A stretch of 40,698 bases of DNA from a virus (IMGVR_UViG_3300027740_000025:1-40698); one strand, 5' to 3'. Positions 23,894 through 34,158 are shown, numbered from the stretch's first letter. The notes: generated by a model from the sequence alone, not told the origin. Numbers and translations: made by a program.

Positions 23894-26437
23894 TCACCAT
23901 GTCACGAGCCCCTTTTCCCGAATCCGGACCTGCGTCCCCGCATCCCAGCCACGCACGATGCCGTTGAGGGAGCGGACCACCGTGAACGTCTGCACCTGCC
24001 CAACTGGCGCACTGATCGCCGTAACCGAGATGTCCTCGCCCGGAAGGTCGTTGACGCACAACACAGCCAGCAGTGGAAACACGGACGGCTTCAGGCTGGA
24101 CTGCGCCCACATCGCCTGACCTGTCTCAATGGCAACCGGGATGCTGGTGTCGTTGTCGTCGATGTCCGCGTTCAGCGACGAGAACTCGGTGCCAGCCCGC
24201 GCAGTCCCAACCGTGGGCGCCCGGAACGGCCCCCACGGGGCGGTGTTGAAGTGCAGCATCCAGTGGTTGGTGTCGACTTCTTCCTCAACGCCCTGGACTT
24301 GCTGCTCGATCTGGACGGGCGGCAGCCACAACGGCGGGTTGCTCACGGTGATGCGATCACCAAGGTCGGTGCTCGCGGCATCGTCTGCGAGCGTCTGGTG
24401 ACGTCGCAGGTTCACTGACAGGCGCGGGTACCGCTGCTCGTTCCAGGTGCCGAGCATCGCCCGCCAGCAGGCGAGCAGCGCGGCGTCACGGTCCAGTTCG
24501 AGGTTGAACGACGGTGTCGACCCGGCGTACAAGCCGACACCGTTGGGCGGGTCGTTGATCGACATCGGTCCGGTGTCGATGACCTTGCTGTAGCTGCCGC
24601 CGTTCTCACGGGACACCGTCACACTGTTCCCGAACTGCCGCAGTAGTTGGTCGTCGTCCACTGGTTCGAACGGAAACGCCACCTGCCCCAACGCGAAGTC
24701 CAAGGTGAGGGACGCGTCCACGTTGTACAACGACTTGCGGGTGCGGTACGCCAACCCGGGCCGGTCGGTCGACACTGACACGTCGTCGAGCCACACCTGA
24801 GCCCCAACCCCCGCAGGGGTGACCGCCCAGATCTGGACCTCGTTGTCCACCGCGGTTGCGGTCCACGTGTAGCTGAGTTCCTGCCACGCGTTCGTTGTGG
24901 ACGACGACGGCCCGAACCCGACACCGCCGATCACCAGTGACACCGCGGTTGACCCTGCGGGCACCCACACCCACGCCTTCGCCGTGTAGGTGACCCCAAC
25001 CACATACCGGTTGGGTTGCTCGACGTGCGCGATCTGGTCGTTCGACCCGCCATCCCAGGTGACGAGCAGCGAACCCCCGCCAGAGTGGGAGCGGACCGAG
25101 GAAAACGCCACCGCGGGCGGGTCGGTGCCTGCGCCTTCCCAGCCGTCAGTGGTGCCGTCCTGGAACCCTCCGATGAGAGTTGACACGTGGGTGGGTTCGT
25201 ACAGGATCCCGCCGTCCACATCAGCGGCCTCGGTCAGCAGATCATTGAGCGTCTTCGATCTCTGAGGGCCAACCGGTTGTGTGTCGTCGAGATCCCCAAC
25301 CACAGCAAGCGGAACAGACTCCTCAAGGCACAACCGTTCGGCGCGGCGCCCTGCGGCTTCCCCAACGTAGGCGTTGACCGCGGCCTGAACCGCCGCATCG
25401 TCGAGGGTCCCTTGGTACAGGCCGACGTGCCCGACCGCAGTGGAGCCAAGGTTACGGGTGGCACCGATCGTGATCCGGTTGATCAGCCCGAAGGTGCGGC
25501 TCGTGACCGTACCGGTGTGAAGTTGCACCGCGTCTTCGCCGACGTTGTAGACGCGGATCGCGTAGGACACGTCCGCGCCGGACTGGGTGAGCCGCAACGC
25601 CACCAGCGCGCCCGCGTCGACGATCGTGAACGACGAGTTCCCGGAAGTGCTGATGGTGGCACCGTCATCGTCAGCGACCTGCAGACGAACGGTCTGGTCG
25701 ATGTTGACCTGAACCCGCCAGTACGACCCCGTGCCGGTCCCATTGCACACCATCAACGACGACCCGTTCGCCACCAGCGGGTCATCGTCGAGGTGGACGA
25801 GACACACAGCGGAGATGGTGCCGCCGCTGGAGTCGTAGCCTCGGACATTGCCGTAGAACTGGGTGTCGTTCAACACTGGGATCGGATCCGAGCACGCCAA
25901 CCCCGAGAATGCGGCCAGGTTGATGCCGTCCGCGAACGTCGCCGGTCGACGAGCCGGGAGCGCAGACCACAGCGCCGTCGACTGTGACCCGTCCTCGCAC
26001 GGCCAGTAGGCGACTGGGGTCGGCAACACGCCACGCTCGAGCAGGGTGCGGCGCATCACCGACCGCAGCTGCGACTCTCGTTCGGACAGTCGCCGCAGCA
26101 CGCCGGCGGCTTCGATCGGCACATAGATGTCCGGTGCCGCTCTCTGCGGCCACTCCGCGACCTCGCCGAGGAACCGGATACTCCCGTTGACCGTCACCCG
26201 CAACGGGGTGTTCCGCCCGATCTTGCCGTACAGATCAGACATTGGGTTACGGGGACTGTAGCGGCCGTGGTCGTTCTTCAACGACATGTTGGCTTTGCTG
26301 TACGCCGCATTCGACGCCCAGTCGCCCCGGCCTCTGGTGACCCGGATCTGGTCGCGGCCCAGGACATCAGCTTCCTCGGCAATGTCCATCCACGCACCAT
26401 CAACGAGCAGGGCGACCTGAACGTCCGGGAACGACAT
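23894..26437 (-). CDS. Large minor tail/baseplate protein with LamG-like region and inserted carbohydrate-binding module
   Basis: Follows tape measure; VTRGR, NDHGRYSPRNP, PVAYWPCED motifs; CBM-like FQDGTTDGW..WLDDVSV. Confidence 0.88.
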   Translation of the reverse strand: MSFPDVQVALLVDGAWMDIAEEADVLGRDQIRVTRGRGDWASNAAYSKANMSLKNDHGRYSPRNPMSDLYGKIGRNTPLRVTVNGSIRFLGEVAEWPQRAAPDIYVPIEAAGVLRRLSERESQLRSVMRRTLLERGVLPTPVAYWPCEDGSQSTALWSALPARRPATFADGINLAAFSGLACSDPIPVLNDTQFYGNVRGYDSSGGTISAVCLVHLDDDPLVANGSSLMVCNGTGTGSYWRVQVNIDQTVRLQVADDDGATISTSGNSSFTIVDAGALVALRLTQSGADVSYAIRVYNVGEDAVQLHTGTVTSRTFGLINRITIGATRNLGSTAVGHVGLYQGTLDDAAVQAAVNAYVGEAAGRRAERLCLEESVPLAVVGDLDDTQPVGPQRSKTLNDLLTEAADVDGGILYEPTHVSTLIGGFQDGTTDGWEGAGTDPPAVAFSSVRSHSGGGSLLVTWDGGSNDQIAHVEQPNRYVVGVTYTAKAWVWVPAGSTAVSLVIGGVGFGPSSSTTNAWQELSYTWTATAVDNEVQIWAVTPAGVGAQVWLDDVSVSTDRPGLAYRTRKSLYNVDASLTLDFALGQVAFPFEPVDDDQLLRQFGNSVTVSRENGGSYSKVIDTGPMSINDPPNGVGLYAGSTPSFNLELDRDAALLACWRAMLGTWNEQRYPRLSVNLRRHQTLADDAASTDLGDRITVSNPPLWLPPVQIEQQVQGVEEEVDTNHWMLHFNTAPWGPFRAPTVGTARAGTEFSSLNADIDDNDTSIPVAIETGQAMWAQSSLKPSVFPLLAVLCVNDLPGEDISVTAISAPVGQVQTFTVVRSLNGIVRGWDAGTQVRIREKGLVTW

Positions 26438-26438
26438 C

Positions 26439-29400
26439 TCAGGCCACCTTCACCTTGATCCGACCTGTGCTGACCGCCTTGTTGTACTGGTAAGCAAAGT
26501 GATCGGCTTCGCGGGACCCGTCGCCCTGGAACTCGAACTGGACGTCGATCCGCCGGTTCTGCCCTGCTGGCGTCACAGCCTCGCCGCGGTGCAGCTGGTA
26601 GGCGCCGGTCATCGGGACGTAGTCGGTGCCGCGTTCGTAGGAGCCAAGCATCTTCTCGAAGTGCATGCCGAGCGGGGAGATGATGTCGAACGGCGCGTCG
26701 CCACGGGACTCGACCTGGCCACCTTGCGCAAAGCCCTTCAGGTGCCACATGTTTCCTGCGAACAGCATGCTGTCCGCGCCCCGCGCACGAGGACCAACAA
26801 CAACACCCTCACCACCGCGAGACTCGACGTTGACGCCCAGCAGGGTGCCCGCCATGTGACCCGGGTTGCCCCGGCGGGACCCGATCGTGAACCGGCCCCC
26901 ACCGGGGGCGAAGTCCCCTGTCGGGAACGCGCCTGTGGCGAATCGGCGGTGGTGGGGGTCCCGCTTCTGGATCACGTTCGTGATCGCGCTCATGAACCCA
27001 CTGCAGTCGTAGCCTTGTGGGCCGACGCCGCCCCACAGGTACGGCTTCCCAGCCTGCTGCTCAGCCCACGCCAGCGGGCCAGCGGTGGACATCATCCACT
27101 TGTGGAAATTGTTCGCGGCGATGCTGATCTGCTGCGCGGCGGCGGCGAAACTGGGACCGTCAGCGTTGACGTTGAAGTTCGATACGTGCCCGCCCTCAGC
27201 GTACCCAGGCAGGCCAGCGTTGATCCGCTCCAGCAGCGACCGGTGCCGCTTGGTCTGCGCCGCCCGAACAACGAACTCGCCGTCTGACAGCCACGCCGGG
27301 ACCTTGTCCTCGGTCGGACCGCCCGGCCCTGACACGAATCCGCCAGTCGCGTACCCACCGGATTGGCGGGCTGCGGCCTGCGCCAAGTCGTCCTGCCGGT
27401 CGGCCCTGAGGGTGATCGGGATGTTCTTGGGGATCGCGTCGAACCGCTTCTTCAGATCCTTGAAGAAGTTGACCAACTTGCGGGACGCGTCGGAAGTGTC
27501 CGCACGAGCCTTCAGGGTGGGGAACTTCGCGACCTCAATCGCGGACGTCTGGATCGCGCGCGTGTACTTCTCGACGTCCCGCTTGTTGAGGCCGAGCCGA
27601 ACCGCTTCCGCCTCCAGTTGGGTGGCGAGTTCCTGACCCTTGGCTGTCAGGTCTTCCTTGCTCGCACCGTTCAGCTGCATCTGGATCAGTTCGTCCTGCG
27701 CCGCCTTCACCAGCCCGCGCATCATCTCGCGGTTCGCGATCGCGGACTCGGAGTTTCCCGTCAGAGCAGCGGTGTGCATCTTCGTCGCAGCAGCGGCGAC
27801 CCCGCGCACAGCGGCGCTCGCGGCAGTCTCTTTGGCGTTCGCGATCTGCTCCGCCGAGTTATCCGTGATCTCCGCGCGCTGCTCAGCGAACTCCTTACGG
27901 ACACTGGACAGGTCGACCTTGACAGCACTGTTGGCGATCTTCCCGAACTCTCCGATCGCGCGCGTGTAGGTCTGCACCTCCCGCGCGTTCAAACCCCACT
28001 TCTGCGCCTCCAGCGCGAGTTGGGCTTGAAGCTGGCGGGTGATCTGAGCGACCCGCTCCTTGCTGGCGCCCGAGTCCTTCTCTGCCTGGATCGCGGCCTG
28101 CGCGGCCTGCGTGAGACCACGGAGTCGTTCCCGGTTCTCCAACGCACCCTCGGAGAACCCGCTGAGGGCGGTGGCGCCGGACGTCTTGTCCTTCTTCGCG
28201 GCGCCGATGTCCGTACCGGCCTGGGCAAGCGACGACCGGAACGCGTCCATGGTGGACGACCGGTCGAATGTCTTACCGAACAGTTCATCCAGTTGCCGTT
28301 GGCGCGACGCCAGCGCGGCTTCCTTCGCCTCCGCCTCCGCCTGCCGCTGCGACTCCGCAAGATCCTTCAGCTGCTTCGCGGTGTCCTTCGCGATCTTCGC
28401 CTGCTGCTTCAGCGAGTCGTTGTACTTGTTACCCGCCTGAGCACCTGACGACGCCGCCTTCTCGTTGCCGGCGAACGCGTTCCGCAGCTTGTGCAGCCCG
28501 GACTGGAACCCGTCTGCAGCTTCCTCGCCGGCGAACTGCAGGTCGTAGACGGCGGACAGGGCACCGCTCAGCATCTGCATCTGCTGCGACGCTGTAGACG
28601 CCGCGGCACTCGTCCCGTTCAGTGCGCCCGCGAGCCCGCTCTGAGCGTTCGCGTTCGCGTTCGCCGCTCCAGCACCGGAGTTGTCGGCGTTGGCCTTGTC
28701 CTTCGCGGCGGCTTGCGCAGCCCGGTATGCGCCAGGGCCGTCCCGGAGGGCGTTCGCCAGATTCTCAAACTCGCCGCGGGCCAGGTCCGCGCCGTCGCGA
28801 TTCTTGACCATCGTGTCGTTGACGACTTTCGCGGCGCCTGGCACGCCCATGTATGCGTCGATGAGATCCTGGACGTCCCCCCCGAATTTGCGGTAGGTCC
28901 CCGCCACGCCTTCCGTCTCAAGCTTGTTCAGGATCCATTCGCGTGTCGCACCAGTCGCTGCGCCGGTCCCAGCCTGCAGGGCGTCCGCGAGACCTCGGTG
29001 GTCGGCAGCGGCCGTGTCCGCACCCTGACCGAACAAACTCAACGCGAACGTCCCCGCTGCGATAGCAGCGCCCCACGGGCCTCCCAGGAACCCAACAGCG
29101 CTCGACAGGCCGGCGCGGATGCCGGTGGTGGCGCGTTGCACTGACACCGACGCAGCCGAGTACGCCGCACCCATCTGGCCCACCTGGACACCGCTGGCGG
29201 CGGCCAGAGACTTTTGGACCTGAATCTGCTGGCCGAAGCCAGACACCGCGCCGGTGATGCCGGAGAACGTCGACGCCAGGTTCAGGGCCTTGAACGCGAT
29301 GAACCCGACGATCAGGGCCTGCATCGGCCCAGGGAGCGCGCCGAAGACGTTGGACAGCACCTGAACAGCACCGATGACGGGCTGCAGCAGCGCGGCGACC

Positions 29401-30665
29401 GCGCTCAGCGCGGGCCCGAGAAGCGACGCGAGGGTGGTGGCGAGCCCAACCGCTGATGAGATTAGCGGTTCGGCTGCGGATAGCAGGTCGAACAGCGCTT
29501 GCCGTAGTTCTGGTGACGCCAGCGCCGCCGCGGCCAGGGCGACCGGGAGCGGCTTTAGCCCACCCAGCATGTCCCCGAGGATCGGGATGGACTTGGCGCC
29601 CATCGTCAGGAACCCAGCCGACACTCCGGCGATAGCAGGGAGCATCGCCTGCACCTGCGCGCCGATCTTGGAGAAGTCAGCGGTGTCGATCCAGTGCGAC
29701 AGCGCCTCGATCCGCTCAGTCACCTTGTCGACCGCAGGCGCCATCCGCCCCTCGAGCGCCTCAATCGCCGGACCGAGCCGTGACTCCACCTTGCGGAGTG
29801 CGTCCGCGATCGCGTTGCCCCACTCGACGGCCGCGCCGCCGCCTTCAGGGTCAACGAGAGGAGTGGCAAGCAGGGAACCGATGTCCCGCACGGCGCCCTT
29901 GATGCGGTCAGTGGTCCCGGCCCAGGTCTGCTTGACGTTCGCGGCGGCACCGGCGAAACGGGTCGACATGGCGGCGGTGAGTTGGTCGATGAACTGGACA
30001 CCGGAGATCGCCTGTGACTGGATGTCCTCGCGGACCTGTGCCGCCGAGGTTCCCATCGCGTCACCGATCAGGGAGGCGGCGTCGATACCGCGGTAGCCGA
30101 GTTCGTTGAGTTCGTCGGCGGTGACCTTGCCGGTGGATTGGATTTTCGCGATGATCTGGGTGATCTCGGAGATCGTCTGCCCGCTACCGCCCGCGGCGGC
30201 GACGGCGTCCTGGATGGCCCCGAAAACGGGGATGATCTTCTCGGCTTCCATGCCGAACGCCAACAGCTGCTGCTGCGCACCGATCCAGATCTGGCGCGGG
30301 AACGGCGACGTCTTGCCGAACTCCCGCAACGCCTCCATCTGGTTCGTGGCCGCACTCGCCGACCCCAGCACCGTCTTCAACGCGGCGCGGGAGGTTTGCT
30401 CGAGTTGGTTGTAGGCGACGCCGCCCTTCACGGTCGCAGCGGTCATCGCGACGAGACCACCAACAGCCAGCCCACCAGCGACGGCGGCGGCCTTGCCGAC
30501 CCCCGCGACCGCAACCCCAACCTTGGACAGGCCAGAGGTCGACGACCGTCCCGCCCGCTCCGCCGCCGACCCGATCCCCGCGACCGCGTCCGAGGCTTGG
30601 CGCGCGGACCGTTTCGCGTCACCCACAAGGAACTGCAAACGGACGGAGAGGACGCGGTCGGTCAC
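26439..30665 (-). CDS. Tape measure protein with C-terminal NlpC/P60-like peptidase domain
   Basis: 1408 aa, Ala-rich; tape-measure N-domain (FGKTSPF..TGKVTADELNEL); GKPYLWGGVGPQGYDCSGF...GHMAG. Confidence 0.95.
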   Translation of the reverse strand: MTDRVLSVRLQFLVGDAKRSARQASDAVAGIGSAAERAGRSSTSGLSKVGVAVAGVGKAAAVAGGLAVGGLVAMTAATVKGGVAYNQLEQTSRAALKTVLGSASAATNQMEALREFGKTSPFPRQIWIGAQQQLLAFGMEAEKIIPVFGAIQDAVAAAGGSGQTISEITQIIAKIQSTGKVTADELNELGYRGIDAASLIGDAMGTSAAQVREDIQSQAISGVQFIDQLTAAMSTRFAGAAANVKQTWAGTTDRIKGAVRDIGSLLATPLVDPEGGGAAVEWGNAIADALRKVESRLGPAIEALEGRMAPAVDKVTERIEALSHWIDTADFSKIGAQVQAMLPAIAGVSAGFLTMGAKSIPILGDMLGGLKPLPVALAAAALASPELRQALFDLLSAAEPLISSAVGLATTLASLLGPALSAVAALLQPVIGAVQVLSNVFGALPGPMQALIVGFIAFKALNLASTFSGITGAVSGFGQQIQVQKSLAAASGVQVGQMGAAYSAASVSVQRATTGIRAGLSSAVGFLGGPWGAAIAAGTFALSLFGQGADTAAADHRGLADALQAGTGAATGATREWILNKLETEGVAGTYRKFGGDVQDLIDAYMGVPGAAKVVNDTMVKNRDGADLARGEFENLANALRDGPGAYRAAQAAAKDKANADNSGAGAANANANAQSGLAGALNGTSAAASTASQQMQMLSGALSAVYDLQFAGEEAADGFQSGLHKLRNAFAGNEKAASSGAQAGNKYNDSLKQQAKIAKDTAKQLKDLAESQRQAEAEAKEAALASRQRQLDELFGKTFDRSSTMDAFRSSLAQAGTDIGAAKKDKTSGATALSGFSEGALENRERLRGLTQAAQAAIQAEKDSGASKERVAQITRQLQAQLALEAQKWGLNAREVQTYTRAIGEFGKIANSAVKVDLSSVRKEFAEQRAEITDNSAEQIANAKETAASAAVRGVAAAATKMHTAALTGNSESAIANREMMRGLVKAAQDELIQMQLNGASKEDLTAKGQELATQLEAEAVRLGLNKRDVEKYTRAIQTSAIEVAKFPTLKARADTSDASRKLVNFFKDLKKRFDAIPKNIPITLRADRQDDLAQAAARQSGGYATGGFVSGPGGPTEDKVPAWLSDGEFVVRAAQTKRHRSLLERINAGLPGYAEGGHVSNFNVNADGPSFAAAAQQISIAANNFHKWMMSTAGPLAWAEQQAGKPYLWGGVGPQGYDCSGFMSAITNVIQKRDPHHRRFATGAFPTGDFAPGGGRFTIGSRRGNPGHMAGTLLGVNVESRGGEGVVVGPRARGADSMLFAGNMWHLKGFAQGGQVESRGDAPFDIISPLGMHFEKMLGSYERGTDYVPMTGAYQLHRGEAVTPAGQNRRIDVQFEFQGDGSREADHFAYQYNKAVSTGRIKVKVA

Positions 30666-30699
30666 GGCACACCACCTCTCCGCCTTGTCGCAGTGGGGT

Positions 30700-31083
30700 T
30701 TATGTGCCGGGGTTCCAGGGCTTCAGCTTCACGTCCGCTGGGCGTTCGTTGACGACAGACACCTTGCGGGAAAGGTCGTAGTCCTCGTTCTTCTTCGAGT
30801 CCTTGTCAGCCGCGACACACCCGTTGCACGTGTGCGTCTTCACCTCGTACCAGCCGGCGGAGTCGTCGTTCCACGCCTCATGCTTCGGATGCCCGCACCC
30901 TGTGCACACCATGTCGGCGGTCATGGTGTGGGCGATCGCGAGGGTTCGGTCCACCATGGACCACCCGCCGCCCGTGCGTCCTTGAAGGATCGTGGTTGGT
31001 GGGACCCGCCACTCCTGCGCGGTTCGTACCGCGAGCGCTACGTGATGCCACCTCGGTTGGAGGAGGAGCTGCGCGACAAAGGG
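30700..31083 (-). CDS. Tail assembly chaperone frameshift extension (gpGT-like)
   Basis: Entered by -1 shift at C CCT TTG (31083-31077); two CxxC pairs. Confidence 0.8.
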   Translation of the reverse strand, partial: PFVAQLLLQPRWHHVALAVRTAQEWRVPPTTILQGRTGGGWSMVDRTLAIAHTMTADMVCTGCGHPKHEAWNDDSAGWYEVKTHTCNGCVAADKDSKKNEDYDLSRKVSVVNERPADVKLKPWNPGT

Positions 31084-31628
31084 GCGGTGACCGTCGGAGC
31101 CTCCGAAATCACCTTGTAGTAGGCGTCCCGCAGGTCGTACATGCCGCTGTCGCCGACCTTCTGGAGGATCGCGCGGAGCGAGTTCACGGGGAACCCATCC
31201 GGGCACTCGACGACCTTGGCGCCGATCTGGTACTTGACGATGGCGTCGGCCAGGTGATGTAGGCCGATCGTGTCGGTGTCGTCCGGGTCTTCCGGGTTCA
31301 GCTTGGTCTCTTTGATCAGCCGGTCCTGGATGTGGCGGCGGCGTTCGGCGGTGCGGTCCTGCACGTGCATGACCATCGTGGACGCTTCGAGGGTGGAGGC
31401 GATCCGCTCCCACTCGTCCATCAACGCTTCCGCGCCGAGGTCGGTGACGCCGCGCTGCTCCTTCGGGGTCTTCTTCGCGATCTCGATCTCGCGGGCCAGC
31501 TCGTCCAGTTTGGTCAGCAAGTCGCCGCGTTGGAAGATCTTCGCGGTGCGGATCATGCCGCACGACCCGTTGATCCAGCCGTCCAGGTCGAGATCGTCCG
31601 CCACGGGGGCAGCGCTCACTTCAGACAT
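31038..31628 (-). CDS. Tail assembly chaperone (gpG-like)
   Basis: Lies between major tail and tape measure; slippery heptamer near 3' end. Confidence 0.85.
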   Translation of the reverse strand: MSEVSAAPVADDLDLDGWINGSCGMIRTAKIFQRGDLLTKLDELAREIEIAKKTPKEQRGVTDLGAEALMDEWERIASTLEASTMVMHVQDRTAERRRHIQDRLIKETKLNPEDPDDTDTIGLHHLADAIVKYQIGAKVVECPDGFPVNSLRAILQKVGDSGMYDLRDAYYKVISEAPTVTAPLSRSSSSNRGGIT

Positions 31629-31722
31629 CACATCTCCAGGGAGTCAGCCAGGGAATCGAGGGGTGGGGCCGGGTCGGGCGTGACTCCCTGGCAGAAGCCG
31701 CCCGACCCGACGAACAGAGGGG

Positions 31723-32250
31723 CTACGCCGACGAAGACGACGACGCCGACCCGACCACAGCGGCGATGTCGAACACACCCTGCGGCAGCAACGGCACCGT
31801 GCCCTTCAGGTAGCCCTCACCGGTGCCGCCCTGCAACTGCGGGACGTCGTTGAGGAACTTGAACGTCTCCACCACGTCGCCGTCGACGTAGTCGACGTCG
31901 TAGGGCTTCCCGATGCGGCGCACGAACCAGCCGAGGACCCCGGCCTGCGGGTACACCTCGGTGAGGTCGTCCGGACCGGGCACCCCGGCGACGATGTCGC
32001 GGAACAGCATCAAGTTCCCCATGTAGTTCTGGATCGTCGGGGTGACGGTGTTCGCCGTCTCGCACACGGCGCGCTCGTTCGTGGTCTCACTGCCATCGGC
32101 ACGGACCTCGTACGTGGACACCATGATGCAGGACAGGTCGACAGCGGCGACCGCGTTCAGTTCGGACGCCTCGGGTGACGACGCGTTCGCGATGGCGCCT
32201 TCACCGGGGATCCAGGTGAGCTTCGTGACGCCCTGGTCCACCATGCGCAT
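31723..32250 (-). CDS. Major tail (tube) protein
   Basis: Synteny; IANASSPEASELN..VDLSC, GWFVRRIGK motifs; RBS GGAGG. Confidence 0.88.
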   Translation of the reverse strand: MRMVDQGVTKLTWIPGEGAIANASSPEASELNAVAAVDLSCIMVSTYEVRADGSETTNERAVCETANTVTPTIQNYMGNLMLFRDIVAGVPGPDDLTEVYPQAGVLGWFVRRIGKPYDVDYVDGDVVETFKFLNDVPQLQGGTGEGYLKGTVPLLPQGVFDIAAVVGSASSSSSA

Positions 32251-32341
32251 GGCGAGCCTCCAAAAGGGAGAGTGCCCCTATGGCCGGGGCGTAACGGGAA
32301 AGCGGGAAGCCAGGGAGTCACCCGCCATCGCGGCGGGGGGT

Positions 32342-32761
32342 TCAGGAAGACGAACTCGACGACTCGTCGACACGGGCAGCGCGCACCGCGTACAGGTCCA
32401 CCAGGTACACCACCGGGCGTTCCATCACAGCCTCATCGCGCTGCGGCGTTTGCGAATAGGTGTGGCTGACCTGCCCGCAGGACCAGCCGTCCACCGTGGG
32501 TTTCTGGTCCACGATGCTGTCGCGGACACGTGCGGCGAGCCACCGCGCCGCCGCCGCGTCGGGGGCGACGGTGGTGGTTTGCCACCGCACCATCAGATCG
32601 TCGGACACTGACGCCACCGACAGAGCCGTCAGGGTGCCCGGGTCGACGTAGGCGACCACGTACCGCTCGGCTGGGGTGGTGGGGACGATCCCGTCGTACA
32701 CGACCACCCCGGTCGGTACAGCGGCGGCGATCAGGGCGACCACAGCATCGGGGACGGTCAC
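32342..32761 (-). CDS. Tail terminator
   Basis: Synteny; VYDGIVP...YVV pattern; GTGA coupling. Confidence 0.8.
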   Translation of the reverse strand: MTVPDAVVALIAAAVPTGVVVYDGIVPTTPAERYVVAYVDPGTLTALSVASVSDDLMVRWQTTTVAPDAAAARWLAARVRDSIVDQKPTVDGWSCGQVSHTYSQTPQRDEAVMERPVVYLVDLYAVRAARVDESSSSSS

Positions 32762-33144
32762 CGCAGCCCCCGCGCCACCACCTGGTCGATCCACTTCTCC
32801 AGGTTCGGCATCTCGTCCTCACCGGAGCGGATCAGGTGCGGCATCGGTGGTGTGTGCGCCGACCCGAACTCCACACCTCGGCCCATGCCGCCCTGCGGCA
32901 TCGCACTGTCGGGGCCGATCTCGGCGACCGTTGGTTCGAGCATGTCGTAGGTGATGGACCTGCCGTAGTGCTTCAGGTATCGGCCACGCACGTGACCGCG
33001 CATCGCCTGCTGCGCCGCCCGCTTCACGTTCAGCGCGGCGCGCTCCACGACCTTCGCCGCCTCAGGCTCCACCCGATCCATCACAGACCCGATGTGGGCG
33101 GCGTACCGGTACACCTCGGAGGCGTCCACCGTCGCTCGTGCCAT
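32758..33144 (-). CDS. Neck/tail completion protein (HK97 gp10-like)
   Basis: RSITYD...VEFGSAHTPPMPHL motif. Confidence 0.82.
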   Translation of the reverse strand: MARATVDASEVYRYAAHIGSVMDRVEPEAAKVVERAALNVKRAAQQAMRGHVRGRYLKHYGRSITYDMLEPTVAEIGPDSAMPQGGMGRGVEFGSAHTPPMPHLIRSGEDEMPNLEKWIDQVVARGLR

Positions 33145-33542
33145 CAGCGGGTCACCTCATCCACAATCAGCCTGTTCGCGGTCGCCATCGACTTGTGCAG
33201 GCCGCCAGCGACCCGATAGGTACGGCCGACAACGGTTTCGTCGAGCTGGCATTCGGTGATCGTCACCTGCGAGTCCACCGGCGACGGCACACCAACAGGG
33301 ATGTGGACGTAGTAGCGCTGCACCGAGTACACGTGCTGCCCCGACTGCGGGGTGGACTCGTGCGCCTCGTAGGTCTGGACCTTGCAGCGCCCCGTGTACA
33401 GCACCGCACCCGGCGTGGACGGCCGGGTTCCCGTCCCAGGGTCGAGGTCTCCGACGGTGGGTTGCGCGCGGATCACGCACCGATCCAGCATCAACGACTC
33501 AGCCATGCGACGGCCTCGGCGCACCAACCCGGCGGCGCTCAC
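33144..33542 (-). CDS. Head closure/stopper protein (DUF6093-like)
   Basis: GRRMAESLMLDRCVI..YTGRCKVQ..KSMATANR. Confidence 0.85.
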   Translation of the reverse strand: MSAAGLVRRGRRMAESLMLDRCVIRAQPTVGDLDPGTGTRPSTPGAVLYTGRCKVQTYEAHESTPQSGQHVYSVQRYYVHIPVGVPSPVDSQVTITECQLDETVVGRTYRVAGGLHKSMATANRLIVDEVTR

Positions 33543-34123
33543 CGCGTGTTCACCATGCCGGCGCCGCCACCGAACCGTGACCGCAGCCGGATACGGGTCG
33601 CTTCCGGCAGCTCCATCACACCCGCGGTCCGGAGAGAACCCTGCTCGTAGCCGACCCGGTAGTCATCGACCGACTCATACGTCTTCCCGGTCTTCGACTC
33701 GTAGCCCTCCTCGGCGGCAGCGATGCCCATGCCGACGAGGGAGCACACCAGGTCCACGATGTCCGCGCCGACGATCACCAGACCGCAGGTGATAGTGACG
33801 GTGACGTTCGACGGGGTGCAGGTGGGTTGCCACCCGTACTCGCGCCACACCTCGCCACCGACCAGCTTGTAGTCGGTGACCTCCTGGCCGTCGATCTCCA
33901 CATCGGCCACCGACACCACCGGCTGCCCCGGCAGCCGAAGCCACCGGTCCTTCACGCCGGGGATGGTGGTGGTCCAGGTGGCGCGGGAGATCGGCACCCC
34001 TGCCGCCGACCGCACCTCAGCCGACGCCGCCGCCAGTAGCGCGGCCACGTCCACCTGACTGTTCTGCCAGTCGATGTTGCGGGCGGTGAGGTCGGCCACC
34101 GTCGCCAGATCAGCAAGAGCCAC
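33539..34123 (-). CDS. Head-to-tail adaptor
   Basis: LATVADL..ASAEVRSAAG..LRLPGQPVVSV..ESVDDYRVGY; follows capsid. Confidence 0.85.
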   Translation of the reverse strand: MALADLATVADLTARNIDWQNSQVDVAALLAAASAEVRSAAGVPISRATWTTTIPGVKDRWLRLPGQPVVSVADVEIDGQEVTDYKLVGGEVWREYGWQPTCTPSNVTVTITCGLVIVGADIVDLVCSLVGMGIAAAEEGYESKTGKTYESVDDYRVGYEQGSLRTAGVMELPEATRIRLRSRFGGGAGMVNTR

Positions 34124-34158
34124 GGTGGCCTCCCTTCACGTCTCGCTCTTGGTCCAGA

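Noticed and set aside
19340-26437. Diversity-generating retroelement or invertible tail-fibre switch
   Set aside because: No reverse transcriptase, template/variable repeat pair or invertase seen in the window
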